Assembly: GCA_021790195.1 (NCBI GenBank) | Contig: JAJYIF010000018.1 | Coordinates: 9,446 to 73,445 of the forward strand | DNA: 64,000 bases | Direction: 5' to 3' | Source: Nitrospirota bacterium | GTDB lineage: Bacteria; Nitrospirota; Thermodesulfovibrionia; Thermodesulfovibrionales; UBA9159 | Shown here: positions 17,930 to 27,411 of the stretch, piece by piece | Numbering within the stretch: position 1 is the stretch's first letter | Layout: every line of letters starts with the position of its first letter | The notes under the pieces: generated by a model | The model's input: the letters and a program-made list of their open reading frames with translations, nothing else | Told to the model about the DNA's origin: nothing | Database searches by the model: none | Program-made: the position numbers and the translations under genes

Positions 17930-20596
17930 ATGGAACTTACGAACAGACAGACTTTTTTTTTGGCTTTTGCGTTGCTTCTTTTTATGGCGGTTCCGGCGAT
18001 TGCCTCGCAACCGATCGAAAAGATCGATGTGGAAGGTCTCGCCTCCATCAGCAAAGAAGAGCTCCTCGGCCTCCTTGATCTCAAGGTCGGCGAAGTGCTC
18101 GATCCCCTGAAGGTCCGAGAGGGGATAAAACGGGCCTTCTTCAAAGGGATATTCAATGATATAGAGGTCTACGCCAATGCAGCCCGCACGGACGTGAGAA
18201 TTGTGGTGCTGGAAAGGGACCGGATCAGGAGCGTCGAAGTAAGCGGCAACAACTTCTTTTCGTCACGCGAGATACGGAAAATGTTTGAGTTTAAGGAGGA
18301 TGACATCCTGAGGTATGACCTTCTTGACGGAGCCGTGAAGCGACTGAAGGAGAAGCTTGCCGAAAGAGGGTTTCCGTACGCCATTGTGACGGCTACAGTG
18401 AAGAACACATCCAAGACCTATTTCAAGGACATCGCTCTTACGGTCGAGGAAGGACTGCCTCTCCTGATAAAGCAGATCCTGGTACATGGAGCGCCTGAAG
18501 CAGAGGTGAGGCATATAGTCCATGTCTCAGACGGCGACAGGTATGACCAAAAGGCTGTGCAGAGCGATATGGACAGGATAAGCGAGCATTATAAAAGCCT
18601 CGGTTATCTCAACCCGGTCGTTTCCTATAGGTTCGCGGACGGACGGCTCGACATCGACGTTAACATGGGCAAGAAGCTCCGGATGAACTTCGACGGCAAC
18701 ACGGTCTTCAGCTCCAAAGAGCTCTTGAAGGAAATGCCGTTCCGGGATGCGGGGGCAGTCCGGGACGATCTGGTCGAAGATGCTACGCGCAAGATAGTCT
18801 CTCTCTATTACGCCAAGGGATATTCGTCGGCCCAGGCGGCGCCGGTTATGTCGGAAGCGGACGACACCATTACGCTGAGCTTCTTTATTTTCGAGGGAGA
18901 ACAGGTCAAGGTGGGCGAGCTGAAATTCCCCGGCATGACCCTTCCTGAGAAGAACCTCAAGGCAGTCCTGCCTCTTAAGGAAGGGGACTACTATGATCCG
19001 TCTCTCCTCTCTTCCGACGTCGATATGGTGAGGGAGTTTTATGTCGCGCTCGGTTACCTTTCTGTAGTCGTCGAGACCCCGGGCGTGGAGATAGAGAAAG
19101 AAAAAGCGACGATAACGATACCGGTCAAGGAGGGGCCGAAGACGGTGATAGGCAAAGTGGAGGTTTCAGGCGCGGTCTCGGTGCCGCGTGAGGAAATACT
19201 GAAGGCCGCCAGACTGAAGGAGGGCTCGCCTTACAACGAGGTGGACATAGCTGACGCGAGACAGAGGGTCATCGACCTTTATTACGAAAAAGGCTTCATC
19301 GATGTGGCGATAAACGCGGAGGTCAAATTTTCAGGAGAGAGCGCCGATATCACCTTCAGCATACGCGAGGGGGAAAGGACTTTCTTCGGCAAGACGATAG
19401 TGACGGGAAATGTCGAGACAAAGACAGTGGTCATCGAGAGGGAATTGCTCCATAAGGAATCCGGCCCGTTCAACTATAATGTTCTGGCGAAGGAGCGGCA
19501 GAGACTCTATAGGCTGGGACTCTTTACGGAGGTGCGGATAGAGCCGCTCGATCCGTACGATCATAAGCGCGATATCCTCATCGAGGTTACGGAGGGCAAT
19601 GCTGGCTCTGTTGAGTTCGGGATCGGGTACAACAACTACGACAAGGTGAACGGTACCGTCGATATCGGATACAAGAACCTTTTCGGTATGAACCGCCAGA
19701 TATCTCTGAGGGTCGGCTATAATTCCCTTGAGAAGCTCTATGCCATCAATTATGTGGACCCGTGGTTTCTGGCAAGGCATCTTTCGTTCAAGGGGACCCT
19801 TTACCGCAATGAGAGGGAAGAAAAAAATATCGACACCAAAGTGATCATGTACCGTTACAGGAAATACGGCATCTCGCTCGGGGTCGAGAAGCAGCTTACA
19901 GACGCGATGAAGGGAAGTCTCTATTACGATTACGCCGTATCGAACACCTTCGAGGTGCAGCCCGACATCGTCCTCACGGACAGGGACGCCGGGAGACTCG
20001 GCATCAGCAGCATAAGTCCCGGCGTCACTTACGATACCCGCGACAATCCCTTCGAGCCGAGGAAGGGCGTACTCGCCGGGTTCACGGTCAAGCTTTCCTC
20101 CTCTGCGATCCTTTCCCAGACGAACTTCGCGAAGGCCGTGTTCAATGGCAGCGTCTATCAGGAGATCTGGGGGCCCTTTGTGGGAGCAGCCGCTTTGAGG
20201 TTCGGCGTGGCCCAGGGATGGGGCCACGACACGATACTTCCGCTGGTCGAGAGGTTCTTCCTCGGAGGAAGAAACAGCGTTAGGGGATACGCCCAGGACA
20301 CCCTTGGTCCGAGAGGCGCCAACGGCAATCCGACCGGAGGAAACGCTTTTGTAGAGACGAACCTCGAACTACGCACCTTTCTCGGAAAGGGCATAGGCGT
20401 CGTCACTTTCCTGGACAGCGGCAACGTCTGGCAGAGAATCTCCGACATAGACGGGACGATTAAACACGCAGTCGGGATAGGTCTCAGGTATGACACTCCC
20501 GTGGGGCCTTTCCGCCTCGATTACGGCTATAAGCTTAAGAAAGAACCCGGTTTGAGCAGGGGAGAGCTGTTCTTCAGCATAGGGCAGGCGTTCTGA
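17930..20596 (+). CDS. bamA: Outer membrane protein assembly factor BamA (Omp85)
   Basis: 888 aa; signal peptide, multiple POTRA-like repeats, C-terminal barrel with FLGGxxSVRGY and terminal ...FFSIGQAF. Confidence 0.9.
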   Translation: MELTNRQTFFLAFALLLFMAVPAIASQPIEKIDVEGLASISKEELLGLLDLKVGEVLDPLKVREGIKRAFFKGIFNDIEVYANAARTDVRIVVLERDRIRSVEVSGNNFFSSREIRKMFEFKEDDILRYDLLDGAVKRLKEKLAERGFPYAIVTATVKNTSKTYFKDIALTVEEGLPLLIKQILVHGAPEAEVRHIVHVSDGDRYDQKAVQSDMDRISEHYKSLGYLNPVVSYRFADGRLDIDVNMGKKLRMNFDGNTVFSSKELLKEMPFRDAGAVRDDLVEDATRKIVSLYYAKGYSSAQAAPVMSEADDTITLSFFIFEGEQVKVGELKFPGMTLPEKNLKAVLPLKEGDYYDPSLLSSDVDMVREFYVALGYLSVVVETPGVEIEKEKATITIPVKEGPKTVIGKVEVSGAVSVPREEILKAARLKEGSPYNEVDIADARQRVIDLYYEKGFIDVAINAEVKFSGESADITFSIREGERTFFGKTIVTGNVETKTVVIERELLHKESGPFNYNVLAKERQRLYRLGLFTEVRIEPLDPYDHKRDILIEVTEGNAGSVEFGIGYNNYDKVNGTVDIGYKNLFGMNRQISLRVGYNSLEKLYAINYVDPWFLARHLSFKGTLYRNEREEKNIDTKVIMYRYRKYGISLGVEKQLTDAMKGSLYYDYAVSNTFEVQPDIVLTDRDAGRLGISSISPGVTYDTRDNPFEPRKGVLAGFTVKLSSSAILSQTNFAKAVFNGSVYQEIWGPFVGAAALRFGVAQGWGHDTILPLVERFFLGGRNSVRGYAQDTLGPRGANGNPTGGNAFVETNLELRTFLGKGIGVVTFLDSGNVWQRISDIDGTIKHAVGIGLRYDTPVGPFRLDYGYKLKKEPGLSRGELFFSIGQAF

Positions 20597-20599
20597 ATA

Positions 20600-21145
20600 A
20601 TGAAGACTGCAAATTATAAATTGAAAATTATGATCCTCCTTTCACTCTTCACTCTTCACTTTTCACTCTTCACTTGCGAGGCTAACGCCGAGCTGATCGA
20701 CCGGGTTGTCGCCTTTGTGAATGACAGGGCCATAACGCTGAGTGAGCTCAAGGAGACTTATGAGCGGACCAGGAAGCTCCAGCCCGATATCACAATGCAA
20801 GAGGTCTTAAATACGATGGTCAACAGGCTTTTGCTCCTGAACGATGCCAGGAGACTGAAGATCGAGGCAAAGACCGATGATGAGATTCTTAATGAATATG
20901 AAGAACTGAAGGTGAGGGCATTGGTCAGAGTGAGGGAAGAGGATATTGAAAGCTATTACAAGAAGAATGAAAAGGAATTCGGGGGGGCGCCGTATGAGTC
21001 CGTGAGGGACAAGATCGAGACGCTACTGACCGAGGAGCAGACCAATGAGCTTCTCAAGAAACAGATCGCCGAGCTGCGCTCAAAGGCGTATGTGAAGATA
21101 CTGCTCAATGCCCCGCCCGGGAACGGTGGGACTGGTCGGCCCTGA
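20600..21145 (+). CDS. SurA N-terminal-domain-like periplasmic chaperone
   Basis: 181 aa; signal peptide then LIDRVVAFVNDRAITLSELKE, typical of SurA_N; follows bamA by 3 nt. Confidence 0.5.
   Translation: MKTANYKLKIMILLSLFTLHFSLFTCEANAELIDRVVAFVNDRAITLSELKETYERTRKLQPDITMQEVLNTMVNRLLLLNDARRLKIEAKTDDEILNEYEELKVRALVRVREEDIESYYKKNEKEFGGAPYESVRDKIETLLTEEQTNELLKKQIAELRSKAYVKILLNAPPGNGGTGRP
20651..20685 (+). repeat. Imperfect heptanucleotide tandem repeat (5 units) inside the signal-peptide coding region
   Basis: TCACTCT TCACTCT TCACTTT TCACTCT TCACTTG read directly from the sequence. Confidence 0.8.
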
Positions 21146-21436
21146 AATATGGGACGGCTCAAAGCTTTCTTGTTTCGACACCGTAATGTAAATTTCTAAT
21201 AAGCACTTTGACACATGTCGTCACAGTCGGCATTTATTGATCCCGGCTTCCAGATCATGATATCCCGTCGATTGCAAGAAAGGTTTTGAGTCGTGCCTGC
21301 CCGTTATGCAACAAAGTTTAAGAGTGATAATATGGTTCAGTAGTTTCCACCTGTCCCCAAGAAATACCCATAGAGGGTGATTTACTTCTTTTGTCGAACC
21401 TACTATTATTGAACCAAATCGACATTATCGCGGGGG

Positions 21437-22093
21437 ATGAAGATCATGGAAAATCCGAATCAGAGGCTCCTCGATTTCTTTTCGACGAATTTTAGGCCTG
21501 GCCTCGTCGCCCTTGTAGGAGCCAACGACCCGATAGGTCTGGCCATAAGGGAGGCGCAGCGTCTTATCACAAAGGACCGAAAGCCCTCTCTTTGGTCCCA
21601 CTGCTTTCTACTTGGGGATCTGCGGCTTGACAGGAGAGGCCCCGGAGACAGCACAGCAAGGAGCCCGTATATATTCGAAAGTGATCTCAATATCGAGGTC
21701 TTCAAGCCGATGGTCCGCAATGGCGCACAGGAAAACTGGATCGGCAAATGGTGTGGTGATAAGGTGGAAAATGCCGCGCTCATTGATTTCGGACTCTCGG
21801 CCAACGAAAGGGATAATGTTCTGGCCACCGCTCTTCAGCTTGTGGACGAGCAGATACTCTATCCGGTTCAGGAGCTCCTGGGGACGTGGCTGGCAATAAT
21901 TACCGGAAAGCAATGGCTGCCTAATCCTCTGAATGATCCCCACGCTATGTATTGCAGCGCCTTTGTAAGGTATTGCTACAAGCTGTCTGGAAGAGATTTT
22001 CTTGGCGACGAAATAGCCATCTCGAACACCACCCCCGAAGATGTGGCGCGGGCCGGGATTCAGGCCGGGAAGATCACTTATTTCAGCGGATAG
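21437..22093 (+). CDS. Hypothetical protein, possible permuted papain-like (YiiX/C92-like) hydrolase
   Basis: 218 aa; His-before-Cys arrangement: LWSHCFLLGD ... IFESD ... HAMYCSAFVRYCY; preceded by 290 bp of non-coding DNA. Confidence 0.35.
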   Translation: MKIMENPNQRLLDFFSTNFRPGLVALVGANDPIGLAIREAQRLITKDRKPSLWSHCFLLGDLRLDRRGPGDSTARSPYIFESDLNIEVFKPMVRNGAQENWIGKWCGDKVENAALIDFGLSANERDNVLATALQLVDEQILYPVQELLGTWLAIITGKQWLPNPLNDPHAMYCSAFVRYCYKLSGRDFLGDEIAISNTTPEDVARAGIQAGKITYFSG

Positions 22094-22150
22094 CATCTTT
22101 AGGAGGATTGCAGAGCATTTCTATTAACAACAGCGACCTGGGGAGGAGCT

Positions 22151-23242
22151 ATGCCTATCAAGAGGGTGTTTGTCAGCGATGTCCACATGAGTCCGGGCTG
22201 GAGCCTGGGGAAACCGGGCTGTTATGACTGGTTTGATAAAGATGAGGCCGCAGCTTTTGGCGGTTTTCTGGCAACCTTAACTAATGACAATTCTGTCCGG
22301 GAAGTCATTCTGCTGGGCGACTTGGTGGACGGTTGGGTATATCCTATCGAAACCCAGCCACCCAAATACGAAAACATAGCGGATGCGCCGCACATAAGCG
22401 GCATTATGAGGAATTTGCGGGAGCTTGCCAGGATGAAGAAAGTCACCTATGTCATGGGCAATCACGACATGACGCTGATGGAAACAGAGCTTGACAGTTT
22501 CAGGCAAAGCGTCTTTGCAGGCATAACCTTTCAGGATACATACGACACCGCTGACGGCATCCATGCCGAACACGGACACCAGTACGCCATGTACAATGCG
22601 GTCGATCCCAGGCATGAAGTTCCCATCGGCCATTATATTTCACGCCTGGCCGCGACTGTGTCGGAGAGAAAACAGCATTTCTATATCGCAGCCGAAATAG
22701 AAATGAGGTTTCCTTCAACGGGCGGCTACAATGTGGATGCCAGGGGAATCATAAAGGACCCCCTCGTAAATGCCCCTCTGACTTATCTGGCGGATGAACT
22801 GGGGAACGTCGATGATGACACTTCCATAACTACGCTCGACGGCGGCGTCATAACCCTGGGAGAAGTAAGGCGGCAATATGCAAGATTGGGGATTGACTGG
22901 GTGGAAAGCCATGGCCTCTTGGGCGGCATCCGTTCAGTCTGGAGAGAGGCCGTGGGTCTTGACGGCGTGGCATATAGCATAGCGCAGAAGCTTGGCAAGA
23001 AGATTATAATCTTCGGTCACACCCACAGGAAAGAGAACACATATTTGAGAGCACCTTCTCCCATTGTTTCACCGGGGCCGGGGGAAGAGCCCTTTGCTGT
23101 TTATGCCAATTGCGGGGCGTGGTGCAGCAAGATCGAGCCGACTTACGTCGTAACTGAATACGACGAAGAGGGCGGGAAGCATACGGTGGCCTTGGAATAT
23201 CTGAAGAAAACGATGCCTCCCGAGATTACCGAAATTTCTTAG
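22151..23242 (+). CDS. Calcineurin-like metallophosphoesterase
   Basis: 363 aa; motifs VSDVHM, GDLVDGW, GNHD, HGHQY, GHTH in canonical order. Confidence 0.7.
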   Translation: MPIKRVFVSDVHMSPGWSLGKPGCYDWFDKDEAAAFGGFLATLTNDNSVREVILLGDLVDGWVYPIETQPPKYENIADAPHISGIMRNLRELARMKKVTYVMGNHDMTLMETELDSFRQSVFAGITFQDTYDTADGIHAEHGHQYAMYNAVDPRHEVPIGHYISRLAATVSERKQHFYIAAEIEMRFPSTGGYNVDARGIIKDPLVNAPLTYLADELGNVDDDTSITTLDGGVITLGEVRRQYARLGIDWVESHGLLGGIRSVWREAVGLDGVAYSIAQKLGKKIIIFGHTHRKENTYLRAPSPIVSPGPGEEPFAVYANCGAWCSKIEPTYVVTEYDEEGGKHTVALEYLKKTMPPEITEIS

Positions 23243-23265
23243 TTTTCACTGTTCGACGGTAACCT

Positions 23266-23985
23266 CTATCGAGGACGTGTACGTTTTTCCGCGACTTCCT
23301 CCATCAGTTCTGTCTGTATCTCCTGGATTTCCAGGAGCCGCTGCCACTGACTGTTAAGTAGATGATCTATCTTTTCATGCAGGTGTCTGATCTCCAGCTC
23401 CGCCTTCAGATTCACCTTGTAATCATAATCGGCCCTCAAACGGTCTTTTTCTTCCTGCCTGTTCTGACTCATCATGATGACCGGCGCCTGAATGGCCGCA
23501 AGACAGGACAACACCAGATTGAGAAAGATGTAGGGGTAGGGGTCAAACGGTCTTCTCAGAAAGAAGGTCGTATTTACTATTACCCATAATAGAAGCACCA
23601 GGGCGAAGATCCCTATAAACCGCCAGCTGCCGCCGAAATCCGCAATCTTGTCTGCCAGCCGCTGTCCCAGCGTCAGCTGACTGTCATATTCGGCGTTGAG
23701 ATTCTTTGAAAGCAGCTCCTGCTCGTGTAGGCTCCTGACAACATCAGCCTCGATCTCCGTCAGCTCGCCCCTGTCTTGCTTTATGACGTCTGTCAGATAA
23801 TCGTTTCTGAACCGGTTCAGGTCCGTAATGCAGACGTAACTGTTTGGCGTCCAGTCGGGACAAGCCGCTTTGATTCTCTCCGCAATCACTCCGCGCACCA
23901 GAGACGCCGGCATTATTTCGCATATCTTCTTTTCAGATTTGCAAACCTGGCACGTCACTGTCTTATAGTTCTTATTTGGCATCAA
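23266..23985 (-). CDS. DUF1003-family membrane protein with N-terminal Cys-rich segment
   Basis: 239 aa; FGGSWRFIGIFALVLLLW ... PYPYIFLNLVLSCLAAIQAPVIMMSQNRQ ... coiled C-terminus; N-terminal CQVCKS...C...C. Confidence 0.65.
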   Translation of the reverse strand: MMPNKNYKTVTCQVCKSEKKICEIMPASLVRGVIAERIKAACPDWTPNSYVCITDLNRFRNDYLTDVIKQDRGELTEIEADVVRSLHEQELLSKNLNAEYDSQLTLGQRLADKIADFGGSWRFIGIFALVLLLWVIVNTTFFLRRPFDPYPYIFLNLVLSCLAAIQAPVIMMSQNRQEEKDRLRADYDYKVNLKAELEIRHLHEKIDHLLNSQWQRLLEIQEIQTELMEEVAEKRTRPR

Positions 23986-24198
23986 ACTTCTCCTTTCTCC
24001 GGAACCCTTCTTCCCGCACCCATGTTATTGGAGCCGCACCGCACGATTATATCATGTCGAGGTCATGAGTTTTCATAAGAACGAGCCGGGCTGTCCCCCA
24101 AAAATACCCCGGCATGGGTATTGCCTTTACGCTCCCTGATACATATACTCGCATAGGCGGTCGCATCGGACGAGAATTTCAGGAGGGGAAGGTCTTCT

Positions 24199-25749
24199 GT
24201 GGAAACGTCTTTTAACGAGGCCGAGAAAAAGAAGAATATAAGGCTGGCCCTGGGCGTCGCAAGCCTTGGTTTCCTCGGGTTCTTCTGCATATATTTGATC
24301 TTCATCGGGGCGATTTTCCTCTTCCCTCATTGGTTTTTCAGCCTGTTTCCATTTCCCTCGCTATCGGATGACGTTGCCGGTCTCCACGGGAAGCTGTTGA
24401 TCTTTTCGAAGAACATTGACTTCAGGGACCGGGACGCAATAGAAGGTCCTCCGAAAGAACTCGCAACCTTGAGGATTTATGACGGCAGTTCCCTTTCTGA
24501 TGCGGTAAAAGTGAAACAATACAGCTCCTTTTATCCTACGGAGAGTAAGATCTATTTTTTCGACAGGGGACTATACAGGACCTTTGACGGTGAGAAGTGG
24601 GAAGAATATAAGAATGACTCGATCGGAAGCAGCCCCAGGGGCGCTGTCGGCGCCGGAAGCGTATGGGTCCTGAGCACGGTCAGAAACAGGACCGTCTTGA
24701 ATCTCATTTCGGACGGGGAAGTGAAGGAGATATCGCTTCCGGACGATGAATCAACGGACAAGCCCGGCATATGTACATCCCGGATTGTATCAGACGGCAA
24801 CTCACTCCACCTTTTCAGGAAGAGCGGAAGCACGGTTTCCTGGGACCGTTACGACGGGAAGGGGTGGAGTCAACATCAGACTTTCGGAGGAGTCGGCAGA
24901 TACAAGGTTATTGCGTATAAGGACAGGATATATTTCGTGGGAAGCCCCGGCTACGGCAGGGAATCTTCGTTGATACTCAGAATCTACGACAAGGGGACAT
25001 GGTCGGAACCCAAAGACATTCGCATAAGAGACACGCTGTTCGGCTCAACGCCCGCGGTTTTCAACGGCGACATTATTATCTTCCAAAGGAATTTTGTTTC
25101 GATCAAGTACTACATTCTCGGCGAGAAGAACGAGAACGCGCAGGGTCCTTTCACTATTCAGAGCAGTTTCCCTTTCTCCGGCGGTCCGGCCAGGTTCCTC
25201 TGCCTTGTATTTCTGCCTTATATAATCTTCTTCGTATTTATCTTCTCCATGTCGGCCCTTATCAGCAAATTCAAACTGAAGACGTGGAGGTCCGGCTCCG
25301 AAGAGTACGAATTCGCAAGCCTTATCAGACGCGCCCTCGCGAAAGTCATAGACACAATTGTTGTGACGAGTCCGGTGTCGGTAGCGGTTTTCGTCCTGTT
25401 CAGGAGAGGCGATTTTCTTGATAACCCTTTCCTGTTCATGGGCTCTATTCTGATCCTGATCACATCCTTGATACTCGGCGGCTTCCTTTATCACTCGCTG
25501 CTTGAGGGAGTGTGGGGGAAGACCTTGGGGAAAAAGCTCTGCGGGATCGTCGTGCTCGGCGATGACTTTACCCGATGCACCGTCTTGAAGGGGTTCCTGA
25601 GAAATCTTCTCAGGGTCATCGACTGTTTGTTCTATTATCTGGTGGCCGTGGTGTCTCTCGCAGGCACCATGAAGTGGCAGAGGCTCGGGGACATTGCGGC
25701 AGGGACGGTGGTCGTGAGGCTCCGGCCGGAAAAAAGTGCGCGGTTATGA
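24199..25749 (+). CDS. RDD-family membrane protein fused to a large beta-repeat extracytoplasmic domain
   Basis: 516 aa; N-terminal TM, repeated [FY]DGxxW blades (FDGEKWEEY, YDGKGWSQH, YDKGTWSEP), C-terminal RDD region (RRALAKVIDTIV ... WQRLGDIAAGTVVV). Confidence 0.6.
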   Translation: METSFNEAEKKKNIRLALGVASLGFLGFFCIYLIFIGAIFLFPHWFFSLFPFPSLSDDVAGLHGKLLIFSKNIDFRDRDAIEGPPKELATLRIYDGSSLSDAVKVKQYSSFYPTESKIYFFDRGLYRTFDGEKWEEYKNDSIGSSPRGAVGAGSVWVLSTVRNRTVLNLISDGEVKEISLPDDESTDKPGICTSRIVSDGNSLHLFRKSGSTVSWDRYDGKGWSQHQTFGGVGRYKVIAYKDRIYFVGSPGYGRESSLILRIYDKGTWSEPKDIRIRDTLFGSTPAVFNGDIIIFQRNFVSIKYYILGEKNENAQGPFTIQSSFPFSGGPARFLCLVFLPYIIFFVFIFSMSALISKFKLKTWRSGSEEYEFASLIRRALAKVIDTIVVTSPVSVAVFVLFRRGDFLDNPFLFMGSILILITSLILGGFLYHSLLEGVWGKTLGKKLCGIVVLGDDFTRCTVLKGFLRNLLRVIDCLFYYLVAVVSLAGTMKWQRLGDIAAGTVVVRLRPEKSARL

Positions 25750-25762
25750 CGGAGGTGGAACG

Positions 25763-26560
25763 ATGAAGATGACTTGCAGGAAGTGTAAGAAGCCGTATTT
25801 CTTTGACGAAGCAAAGATGCCCGAAGAAGGCATTATTTTCAAATGTCCTCGCTGCGGGAACAACCTCGTGTTCAAGAAGGATTCAGCCTCCGACGATCTC
25901 AGTGTACCGAAAGGTTCCGGAACAAACCCTCTGGTTTACGGCTCCTATGCCGGAGCGCTCGGAGGACTCGGCTGCGCAGTCCCGGTCCTCATGACGACCC
26001 TGCTCGGGATCGGCATTATGTCTTTGGGAGTGCAGGTGAGCGGGTATACCGCGGCTGCGGCCCTCGTCCTGGTGCTCTTGAAAATGCTGTCCTTCGGTAT
26101 TCTCATAGGGATGTCTCTGTCTTATGTCGGCGCAAGAACAGAGATCGATGTCTGGTCGGTCAAAGGGGGACTGATCGGCGCGCTTATCGGCGTCATCATC
26201 GGTCTCGCTGGCGGGCTCTTTGTCGCGACATTCATGGGCGGCATTCTGGGCCTCGCCGTTATCTTCGGCTCTGTTCTGGGCGGGCTCATCAAGGCCGCGC
26301 TCGTGTCGGCCGTTGTAATACTCGTCAGGAGGTTTGTCTTCCCGGATGAGAAGGGCTCCCTCTCCGCTGCCCTTTCAGGACGGCAGACGGCCTTTGTGGG
26401 GGTGCTTTTCTTTGTCATGGTCTTTACCATCGGCATGGACGTAAAAGGACTTTATCAGGCGAAATTCGCCTATAACGAATCGGCGAAGCAGATGAGTTCC
26501 GAGGGACTGATAATCAAAGAACAGGATAGATCGTCCAACGAGCGGGGGACCTCGTTATAA
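25763..26560 (+). CDS. MJ0042-type zinc-ribbon protein with glycine-rich multi-TM region
   Basis: Start at ATG 25763 (GGAGGTGG upstream); MKMTCRKCKKPYFF...FKCPRCGNNLVF zinc ribbon; several G/A/L-rich helices; ends at TAA shortly after a G5 run. Confidence 0.6.
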   Translation: MKMTCRKCKKPYFFDEAKMPEEGIIFKCPRCGNNLVFKKDSASDDLSVPKGSGTNPLVYGSYAGALGGLGCAVPVLMTTLLGIGIMSLGVQVSGYTAAAALVLVLLKMLSFGILIGMSLSYVGARTEIDVWSVKGGLIGALIGVIIGLAGGLFVATFMGGILGLAVIFGSVLGGLIKAALVSAVVILVRRFVFPDEKGSLSAALSGRQTAFVGVLFFVMVFTIGMDVKGLYQAKFAYNESAKQMSSEGLIIKEQDRSSNERGTSL

Positions 26561-26661
26561 GCGGCACGATCGTCAACTCCTCGGGGAATGACAAGACCGG
26601 ATGGATAGCTGTTGCAGAGCTGCTTGATGACAGCGGCAGCGTCCTGAAAAAGGCGACCCTC

Positions 26662-26919
26662 GTGAACGGCATTCAGATGTTCAGTGTCAAAGACACCGAA
26701 ATTCTCAGGAGGAGGGGACAAAATATCCAAAGGCCGGATCCGTCCGAAGTGGCGAACAGGATGGTCATCAAGAAAGGCGACTCTGTGCCGTTCGAAATCG
26801 TATTCGTCGACCCTCCCGACTATAAGGATTATGCCCTGAACCTGAAGAACCTCGATCAGGAGAGCATGAAAGAGATCATGGCCGATACCCTCAAGGGTCT
26901 GAAAGATATCAGGAGGTGA
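26662..26919 (+). CDS. DUF3426-like beta-sandwich segment, probably the frameshifted C-terminus of the preceding gene
   Basis: This frame is open upstream of the listed Met from at least 26542 (AGDLVISGTIVNSSGNDKTGWIAVAELLDDSGSVLKKATLVNGIQMF...); resembles the domain usually fused to MJ0042 zinc ribbons. Confidence 0.45.
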   Translation: MNGIQMFSVKDTEILRRRGQNIQRPDPSEVANRMVIKKGDSVPFEIVFVDPPDYKDYALNLKNLDQESMKEIMADTLKGLKDIRR

Positions 26920-26949
26920 CGGGACAAGGGAGTCCGGGACCGTCCGGTA

Positions 26950-27411
26950 TCAATTCCCCCGCAGTCTTAGGATTACCGCTGCTTCATCGCATTCCGGGAA
27001 TTTCGGACACCTCAGACACTCGCCCCATATCTTCTGAGGCAGCTCGGATTTGTCGATGTCTGCGAAGCCCAGCTTCCTGAAGAAATCCGGGTGGTATGTG
27101 AGGGCAAATATCTTCTTTATCCCCAGTTTCCGGGCCTCCCCTATGCAAGCCTTTACAAGCTTCCTGCCGATGCCGGTCCCCTGTGAGTCCGACCTCACGG
27201 ACAGAGACCTTATCTCGGCGAGGTCCTCCCAAAGGATGTGCAGCGCGCACACGCCTTTTATCTCGCCTCCGTCCTCGCAGGCGTAAATATCCCGTATGTT
27301 CTCATAAAGATCGTTCAGGGAACGGGGTATCATCTCGCCCTTCCTCGCAAATTCGTTTATGAGTTTATGGATCGCCTTGATGTCCGCAATATTAGCTTTT
27401 CTTATCAGCAA
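26950..27411 (-). CDS. GNAT-family N-acetyltransferase (short amino-acid N-acetyltransferase type)
   Basis: 153 aa; acetyl-CoA motif QGTGIGRKLVKACIGEARKLG; C-terminal CLRCPKFPEC. Confidence 0.7.
   Translation of the reverse strand: MLIRKANIADIKAIHKLINEFARKGEMIPRSLNDLYENIRDIYACEDGGEIKGVCALHILWEDLAEIRSLSVRSDSQGTGIGRKLVKACIGEARKLGIKKIFALTYHPDFFRKLGFADIDKSELPQKIWGECLRCPKFPECDEAAVILRLRGN

Noticed and set aside
19331-20227. 298-aa ORF antisense to bamA
   Set aside because: It is a shadow ORF inside the Omp85 barrel coding region.
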